Origin: Planctomycetota bacterium
GTDB lineage: Bacteria; Planctomycetota; UBA11346
Direction of reading: 5' to 3'
Length of the DNA stretch: 18,568 bases
NCBI GenBank assembly: GCA_038213805.1
Contig: JBBQSO010000098.1
Coordinates: 1-18,568, forward strand
Both the position numbers and the translations under genes were made by a program. Position 1 is the first letter of the stretch, and each line of letters opens with the position of its first letter. The notes beneath the pieces were generated by a model. It had not been told where the DNA came from, did not search any database, and saw only the letters and a program-made list of their open reading frames with translations. Positions 9,017 through 17,028 of the stretch are shown here, piece by piece.

Positions 9017-10137
9017 CAGCCGGCGCTGGCGGCGCTGCCGGCTCGCGCTACATCCACCCGTTGCGCATCGGCACCCTGGAGCTTGCCAACAACCTCTGCC
9101 TGGCGCCGATGGCGGGCTTCACCAACGTCGCCTTTCGCCTGATCGCCAAGGAGGTCGGCGGTTGCGGGCTGGTGGCCTCCGAGATGGTCGCGGCGATCGG
9201 TCCGCAGGGGCGCGGCGGCGAGGAACGCTTCCGCGTGCTGACGCGCAACGTGCCGGCCGAGAAGCCGCTCGCGATGCAGGTCTACGGCCGCGAGCCGGAG
9301 CTCTGCGCCATGACCGCGGCGGCGCTCGACCAGGCCGGGGCCGACCTCATCGACCTCAACTGCGGCTGCCCGGTGAAGAAGGCCAAGCAGTCGGGTTGCG
9401 GCGTGGCGCTGATGAAGGAGCCCGCGCTGGTCGGACAGATCATCCGCGCTATGTGCCAGGCCACCACCAAGCCGGTGACGGTGAAGATGCGCCTCGGCTT
9501 CGACGCCGAGAACCGCACCATGATCGAGGTCGCCACCGCGGCGGTCGAGAACGGTGCGCAGGCGGTGTTCGTGCACGCGCGCACCGGCGAGAGCAAGCAC
9601 GGCACCGCCGTCGACCTCAGCGGTCTCGCCGAGGTCAAGGCGGCGATGACGCGGCTGCGCGGCGCGGACTTCCCGGTCATCGCCAACGGCTCGATGGACA
9701 CCGCCGAGGCCATCCGCCGCGCCAAGGATGAGGGCGGCGCCGACGGCTACCAGATCGGCCGCGCCGCCTGCGGCGACCCCTGGCTGTTCCGCAACCTGCT
9801 CGCCGAGCTCACCGGCGGCGAGCCCTACACGCCCTCGCTCGACGAGCGCCGCGCGTTGCTGGAGCGGCACTTCCAGCTCATCAGCGAGCTCTTCGGCGAG
9901 GACCGCGGCACGCGCATCATGCGCAAGTACACCTTCTTCTACTGCAATGGCCTGCCCGGGGTGCGCAAGTTCCGGGACCGCTTCTGCCGCATCGGCAGCC
10001 GCGCGGAATTCATCGGCGTGATCGACGACTTCTTCGCCGACCTGCGCCAGCGCCGCGGCCTGGCTGATGAACCGGCGGAGCACCTCACGCTGTTCGACCG
10101 CGGCGGCGACGCTGACGAGGCGGGTGTGGATCACTGA
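8974..10137 (+). CDS. dusB: tRNA-dihydrouridine synthase (DusB/NifR3 family)
   Basis: LRIGTLELANNLCLAPMAG, SEMV, MQVYG, IDLNCGCP (catalytic Cys), PVTVKMRLG, VHART, PVIANG, IGRAACGDPWLF. Alternative start at in-frame TTG 9061. Confidence 0.9.
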   Translation: MIPEPADNVPSTSGPAGAGGAAGSRYIHPLRIGTLELANNLCLAPMAGFTNVAFRLIAKEVGGCGLVASEMVAAIGPQGRGGEERFRVLTRNVPAEKPLAMQVYGREPELCAMTAAALDQAGADLIDLNCGCPVKKAKQSGCGVALMKEPALVGQIIRAMCQATTKPVTVKMRLGFDAENRTMIEVATAAVENGAQAVFVHARTGESKHGTAVDLSGLAEVKAAMTRLRGADFPVIANGSMDTAEAIRRAKDEGGADGYQIGRAACGDPWLFRNLLAELTGGEPYTPSLDERRALLERHFQLISELFGEDRGTRIMRKYTFFYCNGLPGVRKFRDRFCRIGSRAEFIGVIDDFFADLRQRRGLADEPAEHLTLFDRGGDADEAGVDH

Positions 10138-10163
10138 GGATGTAGCCGGGAAGGCATGACATA

Positions 10164-10333
10164 TTAACGCAGAGGGCGCAGAGGGGGACAGCTCGAGGCC
10201 GCAGAGGACAGGCCGTGAAGGAAGGCGTGGAGCTGGCGGGCACCTGGAGGACGAGCAGCGCCCCTCCCTGATCGAGTCCTGAAGGTTGTCCTCTGCGGCC
10301 TTCTGCTTTTCCCCTCTGCGACCTCTGCGTTAA
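10164..10333. mobile_element. 170-bp MITE/REP-like element with 47-bp imperfect terminal inverted repeats built on CGCAGAG(G) units
   Basis: TTAACGCAGAGGGCGCAGAGGGGGACAGCTCGAGGCCGCAGAGGACA (10164-10210) versus TGTCCTCTGCGGCCTTCTGCTTTTCCCCTCTGCGACCTCTGCGTTAA (10287-10333): 41/47 complementary, TTAA at both ends, 76-nt core. The repeat is certain; mobility is inferred. Confidence 0.6.
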
Positions 10334-10380
10334 GAGGTCATATCCGGGGTCGTTGGCACGTCTGACGCCTTTGATCCTTC

Positions 10381-12204
10381 ATGCGCGCGATCCTTCCGCT
10401 GCGGCTGTGCATTTCCGCGACGTTCCTGTACGCCTTGGCGACGCTGGCGGGCTGGGGCGCCGAGGCGGCGGCGGTGGCCACCGAACCGGTTGCGACCCAC
10501 GCGGCGCCGGTGCGCACCGCTGGGCCCTGGGTGACCCTGGCCGAGGACGGCTCATGTGAGGTGGCGGTGGCGGTGCAGGCGCTCTCGGATGAGCAGGTCG
10601 CCACCATGATCTCGTTGGCCACCGCCGCTGGCGTCAGGCTGGCGGCACCGACCCTGCGCAAGCCCGATGTGCCGCACGACGCCCTCAGCGGCGACCGCGT
10701 GGCGGCCTTCCATCTCGTAGGCGAAGCGGCGCGCGGCTCCTTGGTGCTGAGCATCGGGCAGATGAGCTATCCGGTGACCATTCCGGCGACGCCCGCTGCG
10801 GGCGCAGCCGTGCGGGTCGCCCTCATCACGGCCCGCACCTATCCCGATGCCGCCGGACTGGAGGCCCTCGGCACTGCGCTCGGCGGGCCGGTGCAGGTCG
10901 TGGTCGCGACCGGTCCGGGCCTGGGCGATCGCCTCGGTACCGGCGGTTGGGAGGCGGGCGTGCCGCTGCTGGTGGTCAGTACGCAGCGACCCATTCCCGC
11001 TGGCGTCATCAGCGCCGAACCACGTCGCGAGCGTCTTGGCCCGGCGGCGCATGGCTGGCCGCACGGCACCGCCTGGGGGGCCCTCGGCCTGCCCGCGATC
11101 GCCGCCCTCGATCAGGCGGGGGTGAACGCGGCGCGCGATCCGCGGCGTTGGCCGGTGCTGTTGGCGGTGCAGGCGGATTGGGACCTCGGGCTGCGCGCGC
11201 GGCGCGGCGCGGGCGACCTGGCTGCGGCCGTGCCGCTGATCGCGCTGTGCCAACGCCTGGACGTGCCACTGGTGCTGGGCACCGGCAGCGGCTCTGGCTG
11301 GATCTCAGAACCGTTGCACGTCGAGCACAACCACCTGCAGGTGGTCGCCGGCGGCTGCCGATTCATCGCCGCCACCCCGGCCGGCGATGGGCTGGCCAGT
11401 CTGCCCGACGAGGTCGCCGCGGCCTGCGACGTGGCGGCCCTGGTCGGGCTCGCCGCCGACGCCGATACGCTCACCGCCGTCCTGGTCGCAGCGGAGGGGG
11501 GCGCGGTGGTCCAGCGCCTGGACTGGCGCCGCGACGATGACCTGCGCCTGGGCACCGGCTGGGGCGCCGGCGATGCGGCCAAGCTCACGCCGGCCTGGCT
11601 GGCCGGGGGCAAGGAAGCGCCGGCGGCGCTCGCCGACTTGGCGTGGCTGCCGCTCGCCCAGCTCGCCACCATCAAGCTTGGCGATGCCGACCGCATCGCC
11701 CTTGCCCAGGCCGCCCCCAAGGACGCCGCGAGCATGCGCCTGCTGCGCCGCCTGGTCGCGGTCGACGCGCTGGTGACCAGTGACCTGCAGAACCAGCTCG
11801 CCGAGCTGCCGGCACCGGTCGCGCGCGATCTGGCCCTGCGGCAGATCGCGCGTCCCCGTTTGATCGATGAGTCGCGCTGGGCCGCCTTCATCGCCCGGGA
11901 CATGGACGCCAGTGGCCTGGCGGCGCTGCTGCGCGCCTACGAGCAGCTCGCCGACGCCGACCAGGCGCAGCGCGTGCTCGTCCTGCTGCTCGGCCGGGTG
12001 CGTGCCCAGGCCGAGGGCCGCGTCCCGCCGGAGGCCGACGTCATGCTCGAGCACCGCCTGCTGTCGGCGATCTGCGATGCCGGCACGCTCAGCCCGACCC
12101 TGGTGCGCCCCCTGGCGGTGGCCCTGCGCGACCGCCTCACCGGGCTGCCACGGCAGCCGGTGGAGCGCTTCATCTCCCGCTATGGCGAGATCCGGCCGCC
12201 GTAG
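10381..12204 (+). CDS. Exported hypothetical protein, 607 aa; probable degenerate purple-acid-phosphatase/metallophosphoesterase fold plus C-terminal helical domain
   Basis: Long ORF filling the gap, with GC-rich third codon positions and an N-terminal signal-like segment. Segment order parallels calcineurin-like phosphoesterases, but the metal-binding motifs are absent (see findings). Confidence 0.7.
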   Translation: MRAILPLRLCISATFLYALATLAGWGAEAAAVATEPVATHAAPVRTAGPWVTLAEDGSCEVAVAVQALSDEQVATMISLATAAGVRLAAPTLRKPDVPHDALSGDRVAAFHLVGEAARGSLVLSIGQMSYPVTIPATPAAGAAVRVALITARTYPDAAGLEALGTALGGPVQVVVATGPGLGDRLGTGGWEAGVPLLVVSTQRPIPAGVISAEPRRERLGPAAHGWPHGTAWGALGLPAIAALDQAGVNAARDPRRWPVLLAVQADWDLGLRARRGAGDLAAAVPLIALCQRLDVPLVLGTGSGSGWISEPLHVEHNHLQVVAGGCRFIAATPAGDGLASLPDEVAAACDVAALVGLAADADTLTAVLVAAEGGAVVQRLDWRRDDDLRLGTGWGAGDAAKLTPAWLAGGKEAPAALADLAWLPLAQLATIKLGDADRIALAQAAPKDAASMRLLRRLVAVDALVTSDLQNQLAELPAPVARDLALRQIARPRLIDESRWAAFIARDMDASGLAALLRAYEQLADADQAQRVLVLLLGRVRAQAEGRVPPEADVMLEHRLLSAICDAGTLSPTLVRPLAVALRDRLTGLPRQPVERFISRYGEIRPP

Positions 12205-12252
12205 GTCGCGCTGATCCTCAAGGGTATTTTGAGCGCACCGACACGGATTGAT

Positions 12253-12367
12253 TGCGGAGAGCGGAGTGACCGTTCGACCAGGTCGTGAACCTGTGGATGG
12301 TGTCCAACAGCCTCCCGATGCCGGAATGAACGCGGCACGACCGGCACCCCGCGCTCCGCACTCCGCA
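12253..12367. repeat. TGCGGAG/CTCCGCA heptamer inverted-repeat element upstream of ychF
   Basis: TGCGGAGAGCGGAGTG (12253-12268) versus CACCCCGCGCTCCGCACTCCGCA (12345-12367): 14/16 complementary, core ~76 nt. Confidence 0.6.
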
Positions 12368-12443
12368 CCTATTCCCCCCAACCCCGAGCGCCCCTTCCCA
12401 CGTCCCAGCCCGCCATATGCTCCCGCTCCCCTCCGGAGCACCC

Positions 12444-13541
12444 ATGGGATTCAACTGCGGCATCGTCGGCCTGCCCAACGTCGGCAAGAGCACCATTTTC
12501 AATGCCCTGACCCAGACCCAGGCGGCGCAGGCGGCTAACTACCCGTTCTGCACCATCGAGCCGAACACCGGGATGGTGACGGTGCCCGACCCGCGCCTGT
12601 GGGTGCTGAAGGACATCGCCAAGACCGACAAGGTCATCCCCACCCAGATCGAGCTGGTCGACATCGCCGGCCTGGTCAAAGGTGCCTCCAAGGGCGAAGG
12701 CAAGGGCAACGAGTTCCTCTCCGCGATCAAAGGCGTCGACGCCATCCTGCACGTGGTGCGCTGCTTTGACGAACCCAACGTCATCCATGTCGACGGCAGC
12801 GTCGACCCGGTGCGCGACATCGAGGTCATCGACCTCGAGCTGATCCTCAAGGACCTCGACACCGCCAAGAACAAGCTCGACCGCTGCACCAAGCGCAAAC
12901 AGCTCGACAAGGAGGCCGCAGCCTGCGTGCCGACCCTGCAGAAGGTGCTGGCCGGGTTCGAAGCAGGCAAGCCGGCGCGCGCGTTGGAACTGACTCCTGA
13001 AGAACAGGCCCACATCGCCGACTGCCACCTCATCACCGCCAAGCCGATGCTGTTCGTCTGCAACATTCTCGAAGGCGACATCCGCGCCGGCGGCAATCAG
13101 CACAGCGCCGCGGTCACCGCCCACGCTGCCACCGTCGGCTCGCACGCCATCCTCATCTCCGGCAAGATTGAAGAGGAGCTCTGCACCTTGCCCGCCGCGG
13201 ACAAGAAATCCTTCATGGAGGACCTCGGCATGACCGAGCCGGGCGTCGACAGCCTGGTGCGCGCGGGCTACGAGCTGCTCGGCCTCGCCACCTACTTCAC
13301 CGCCGGCGTGAAGGAGGTCCGCGCCTGGCAGATCGCCAAGGGCTTCAAGGCGCCGCAGGCCGCCGGGGTGATCCACACCGACTTCGAGAAGGGCTTCATC
13401 CGCGCCGAGGTCGCCACCTACGACGACTACGTGAAGTTTGCCGGTGAGAAGGGCTGCAAAGAGGTCGGCAAGCTGCGCGCCGAGGGCAAGGACTACGTGG
13501 TCAAGGACGGCGACGTCATGCACTTCCTGTTCGCGAAGTAG
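12444..13541 (+). CDS. ychF: Ribosome-binding ATPase YchF (Obg family), 365 aa
   Basis: [89 protein letters not shown] before ATG 12444. Confidence 0.97.
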   Translation: MGFNCGIVGLPNVGKSTIFNALTQTQAAQAANYPFCTIEPNTGMVTVPDPRLWVLKDIAKTDKVIPTQIELVDIAGLVKGASKGEGKGNEFLSAIKGVDAILHVVRCFDEPNVIHVDGSVDPVRDIEVIDLELILKDLDTAKNKLDRCTKRKQLDKEAAACVPTLQKVLAGFEAGKPARALELTPEEQAHIADCHLITAKPMLFVCNILEGDIRAGGNQHSAAVTAHAATVGSHAILISGKIEEELCTLPAADKKSFMEDLGMTEPGVDSLVRAGYELLGLATYFTAGVKEVRAWQIAKGFKAPQAAGVIHTDFEKGFIRAEVATYDDYVKFAGEKGCKEVGKLRAEGKDYVVKDGDVMHFLFAK

Positions 13542-13563
13542 TCGCGCACCACCTGGAGCCGCC

Positions 13564-14784
13564 ATGTCGGAGCCCATCCCCGCGGACCTCTCCGCCTTCG
13601 CCGGCGAGATCGACAAGCTGGCGAGTCGCGGCGGTTTCAACCCGTTCGCGCTGCTCGCCGGGCAGACCGCCTTCCACTCCGTGTTCATCGCGCCGTTCTC
13701 GCCCAGCCTGAAAGACGCCATCGCCCGCTTCCTGGCCGACGGCAGCGGCCCGCTCGCCGATGTCGGCAAGGCCTTTCAGCAGCAGGGCGCCGCCCCGGCC
13801 GAGGCGGGCGCGCAGGCCCGCGCGATGTTTGCCGCCGCCCAGGGCATGCTGGTGGTGGTGCAGGTTGGTGACCACGGCCCCAGCACCATCCCGCAGCTGC
13901 ATTTCGGCATGCTCGACGAGGCCTTCTGCGCCCACGCCCTCGCCGCCTGTGGCGACCAGTTCCCGGCCAAGGACGCGCTGCGCGCCGCGCTCGCGGATCT
14001 GCGCGCCAAGACCCTGGGCGGCACGCCGTGGCCGGCGCTCATCGGCGGTCCGGGTGCGGGCTCCAACCTGGTCGCCTATTGGGAAGAGCTCGGCGACGCC
14101 CTGGTGGATGGTCTCGACCAGGGCATGGGCCACGGCGGCATCGAGCGCCTGCGCGACCTCGCGCACTGGATCGCGCGCGCGCTCGGCGACTGCCGCAAGA
14201 AGCTCTCCGAGGACGCGACGTTGATCGCGGTGCGCTGCCACCTGGTCGCCGACGAAGCGGCCCAGGGCCAGGCGCTGCTCGCCGGCCTGCTCAGCGCGGA
14301 CGCCGACGCCGACCACCTCGCCGAGCTGGTTGTGCACCTCGCCGACGCCGCCATCCGCCAGGGCCAGGGGGCCGCGAGCGGACTGTGGCTGGCCGATTTT
14401 GTGCCGCGCTTCGAGGCGCTGTTCGGCACCTGCTACGAACTGCGCCTGGCCGCCTTCAAGCTTGCCGCAGCCGCCGGCGCCGCCGAACCGGCCATGCTCG
14501 CCGCCGCCGCCGCCCTGCTTGCGGCCAACCGCAAATCGGCGCGCCAGGACCTCACCCGCGAGCCGCTGTGGCGGGTGACCGTCGCCGACCCTGGCGAGCT
14601 GCTCGACACCGCCGCCGCCGCCGCCCTGCTTGAGCGCAGCCCGACCTTCGTCGCCAAGCGCCTGGAGCAGGGCACCATCCCGACGGCGCGCCGGATCGAA
14701 AATGGCAACGAGGTGGTGCGCCTGCCCCGCCCCGCGCTGCTCGCGTGGAAGGCCGTGATGGACGCACACAAGCTGCTGGAGTGA
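13564..14784 (+). CDS. Hypothetical protein, 406 aa, with C-terminal excisionase-like (HTH_17-type) helix-turn-helix
   Basis: GGAG RBS then ATG 13564 (MSEPIPAD). Largely Ala/Leu-rich, helical-looking body. C-terminal LLDTAAAAALLERSPTFVAKRLEQGTIPTARR...VRLPRPALLAW fits the Xis/HTH_17 pattern. Confidence 0.72.
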   Translation: MSEPIPADLSAFAGEIDKLASRGGFNPFALLAGQTAFHSVFIAPFSPSLKDAIARFLADGSGPLADVGKAFQQQGAAPAEAGAQARAMFAAAQGMLVVVQVGDHGPSTIPQLHFGMLDEAFCAHALAACGDQFPAKDALRAALADLRAKTLGGTPWPALIGGPGAGSNLVAYWEELGDALVDGLDQGMGHGGIERLRDLAHWIARALGDCRKKLSEDATLIAVRCHLVADEAAQGQALLAGLLSADADADHLAELVVHLADAAIRQGQGAASGLWLADFVPRFEALFGTCYELRLAAFKLAAAAGAAEPAMLAAAAALLAANRKSARQDLTREPLWRVTVADPGELLDTAAAAALLERSPTFVAKRLEQGTIPTARRIENGNEVVRLPRPALLAWKAVMDAHKLLE

Positions 14785-14786
14785 GC

Positions 14787-14947
14787 GTCCGGAAGTCCGG
14801 GGTCCGGATGTCCGGAAGTCGCCTGCCCATGCGGTTGTGGCGCTGCGTGACAGGATACCTTCCGCTTCCGAGCCAACCTGGCGGCATGGCGTGCGGGCCT
14901 ACGGGGCTGTCCGACTTCCGGACTTCCCGACTTCCGGACTTCCGGAC
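14787..14947. repeat. AGTCCGGA-family inverted-repeat element E
   Basis: Left arm GTCCGGAAGTCCGGGGTCCGGATGTCCGGAAGTC (14787-14820), starting 2 nt after the upstream stop. Right arm GACTTCCG-type x4 plus GAC (14913-14947). Core 92 nt. Confidence 0.88.
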
Positions 14948-14974
14948 GCGGCCCCGCCGCCCAGGATCCCCGCC

Positions 14975-16003
14975 ATGCTGCCGTTCGCCTCCGCCGACCT
15001 GCCCGGACTCTCGGGAACCCACGATGCCCGGGACCGCTCCTGCGAGGAGATCCTCATCAAGCAGGCGGCGCGCACCGGCAAGTACCTGTGGTTGAAGGTG
15101 GCCAAGATCAACCTCGGCACCCAGCAGGCGCGCGCGGCGGTGGCGCGCGCAGCCAACGCCAGCGAGGACCTGGTCGAGTGCGCCGGTCACCGCGACCGCG
15201 CCGGCCGCTGCGTCCAGTGGTTCAGCGTGCCCGAGGCCAAGGTCGAGAACCCCGGCGCGCTGCGCCGCGCCGGCACCCAGGGCAAGATGCAGGTGCTGGA
15301 GCTGACCGCCTCGCACAAGCCGATCACTCCCGAGCTGGTCGAGCGCCTGCGCTGGACGGTGCGCCTGCGCGGCGGCGCCGCGGAGGACGGCTATCGCCGC
15401 GCCAAGGCCACCCTCGACCGCCTGCGCGGCGTCGGTTGCCCGAACTACTTCTCGCCGTCGCGCTTCGGCGAGGACGGCAGCATGGCGAAGTGGGGCCGGC
15501 TGCTGCTTCAGGGCAAGCGCCTTCCGCGCCAGGTGCTCGGCGCCGGAGTGAGTGAGAACCGCTGCCTGCGCGCCTGCCAGGAATGGCTGTTCAACCGCTA
15601 CCTGGCGCAGCGCGTCGCCGACGGCCTGCTCGCCACCGTCATTCCGGGCGACCTGATGCAGGCGCGCAGCGGCGCCATCGAACTGGCCGACGATCCCGAG
15701 CGCTTCGCGCGCCGCCTCGAAAGTTGGGAGGTCGCGCCGCTCGGCCCGCTGTTCGGTGCAACCATGGCCGCCAATGCCGATCTCGCCGCCGCGCGCGAGG
15801 CCGCGACCCTCGCCGGCGCCGACCTCGACGCCGATCTGGTCGAGCGCCTGCACGGCGACCGCCGCGCCATCCGCTTCCAGCCGGCCAAGCACCTGCTCGA
15901 CGTCGACGGCCCCGACCTGGTGCTCAGCTGCGACCTGCCCACCGACGCCTGCATCACCGCGCTGGTAGAGGAGCTGCTTAAACCGGAAGGCCACCTGGCG
16001 TGA
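14975..16003 (+). CDS. truD: TruD-family pseudouridine synthase, divergent, 342 aa
   Basis: AGHRDRAGRCVQWFS (cf. AGxKDxxAxTxQW), GCPNYFSPSRFG (cf. GVPNYFGxQRFG), WLFNRYLAQR, GPLFG, GDRRA, LPT...ITALVEEL. Start placed at ATG 14975 (MLPFASADLPG), downstream of element E. Confidence 0.8.
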   Translation: MLPFASADLPGLSGTHDARDRSCEEILIKQAARTGKYLWLKVAKINLGTQQARAAVARAANASEDLVECAGHRDRAGRCVQWFSVPEAKVENPGALRRAGTQGKMQVLELTASHKPITPELVERLRWTVRLRGGAAEDGYRRAKATLDRLRGVGCPNYFSPSRFGEDGSMAKWGRLLLQGKRLPRQVLGAGVSENRCLRACQEWLFNRYLAQRVADGLLATVIPGDLMQARSGAIELADDPERFARRLESWEVAPLGPLFGATMAANADLAAAREAATLAGADLDADLVERLHGDRRAIRFQPAKHLLDVDGPDLVLSCDLPTDACITALVEELLKPEGHLA

Positions 16004-16049
16004 GCCGGATCATCCCCCTCGATCTGAACCGCCAAGACGGCAAGACGCC

Positions 16050-16961
16050 ATGACGCTGGCGACGGTGTTCATGGGCACCCCTGAGATCGCGGTGCCGGCC
16101 CTGCGCCTGCTCGCCAGTCGCACGCGCGTGCTGCACGTCGTCACCCAGCCCGACCGCCCGGCCGGCCGCGGCCAGCAGCTCCAGCCGCCGCCGGTCAAGC
16201 AGGCCGCCCTCGACCTGGGCCTGCCGGTGTGGCAGCCCGAGACGCTCAAGGGCCAGGCCGATGCCCCGCAGCTCGCCGGCGCCGATCTCATCGTGGTGAT
16301 GGCCTATGGCGAACTGCTGCGCCAGGACCTGCTCGACCGGCCGCCCGGCGGTTGCGTCAATCTGCACGCATCGCTGCTGCCGCGCTGGCGCGGCGCCAGC
16401 CCGCTGCAGGCCGCGCTGCGCGCCGGTGACGCCAGCACCGGCATTTCGGTGATGCGCATGGTGCGCGCGCTCGACGCCGGCGCCGTCTACCTGCGCGAAG
16501 AGCTCCCGCTCGGCCCTCGCGCCACCCTGGCCGGCCTCCACGATGAGCTCGCCGTGACCGCTGCGCGGGCGCTTGGCCGCTTCCTCGACGGTTTTCCGGC
16601 CCTGCCCGCCGTTCCCCAGGACGAAGCGCTGGTGACCCACTGCCGCAAGCTGACCAGCGCCGACGGCCAGCTCGCATTCGCACGTACCGCCGCCGAACTC
16701 GACCGCTGGGTGCGCGCCTACACCCCGGCGCCCGGGTGCTGGACGCTCGCCCACGGCGAACGGCTGCGCATCCACGAGCTCGTGCCGCTGCCGGGGCACC
16801 CCGGCCTGGCGCCCGGCCACCTCGTTATCGACGGCGCGCGCCTGCTGGTCGGATGCGGCGACGGCGCCTGCGCGATCGTGCGCCTGCAAGCCGCCGGTAA
16901 GCGCGTCATGGACGCCGCCGAGTTCCTACGCGGCAACCGCTTGCCGGAGAGCCTGGGCTGA
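16050..16961 (+). CDS. fmt: Methionyl-tRNA formyltransferase, 303 aa
   Basis: VFMGTPE, VVTQPDRPAGRG, VMAYG, VNLHASLLPRWRGASP, LDAG, RAYTPAPG, LQAAGKRVMDAAEFLRG. Confidence 0.95.
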   Translation: MTLATVFMGTPEIAVPALRLLASRTRVLHVVTQPDRPAGRGQQLQPPPVKQAALDLGLPVWQPETLKGQADAPQLAGADLIVVMAYGELLRQDLLDRPPGGCVNLHASLLPRWRGASPLQAALRAGDASTGISVMRMVRALDAGAVYLREELPLGPRATLAGLHDELAVTAARALGRFLDGFPALPAVPQDEALVTHCRKLTSADGQLAFARTAAELDRWVRAYTPAPGCWTLAHGERLRIHELVPLPGHPGLAPGHLVIDGARLLVGCGDGACAIVRLQAAGKRVMDAAEFLRGNRLPESLG

Positions 16962-17028
16962 AGACCCGCTGGGCGCGTCGGACCATCCCGGCATCAGCCG
17001 CTGGGACGTCCGCGTCAACCCAGGGAGT

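Noticed and set aside
7437..10134. Long minus-strand ORFs (7437..8996, 8827..10134), and similar ones at 1090..2196, 2272..3546, 3772..5208, 12369..13769, 13516..14769, 14552..15994 and 15978..16889
   Set aside because: Antisense shadows of well-supported genes, expected in high-GC DNA. No recognisable motifs.
14596..14751. Prophage or integrative element inferred from the excisionase-like HTH
   Set aside because: No integrase, att-like repeats, phage genes or obvious compositional shift nearby. The flanks are housekeeping genes.
14837..14974. Extended truD start at 14837
   Set aside because: Falls inside repeat element E and translates the repeat. TruD-like sequence starts at ATG 14975.
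16980..17011. Hairpin GGAC-CA-TCCCGGC-ATCAGCC-GCTGGGA-C-GTCC between convergent fmt and the hypothetical gene as a terminator
   Set aside because: Imperfect stem with no adjacent U-tract on either strand. The single ATCAGCC in the loop may be chance, so it is not supportable as a terminator.
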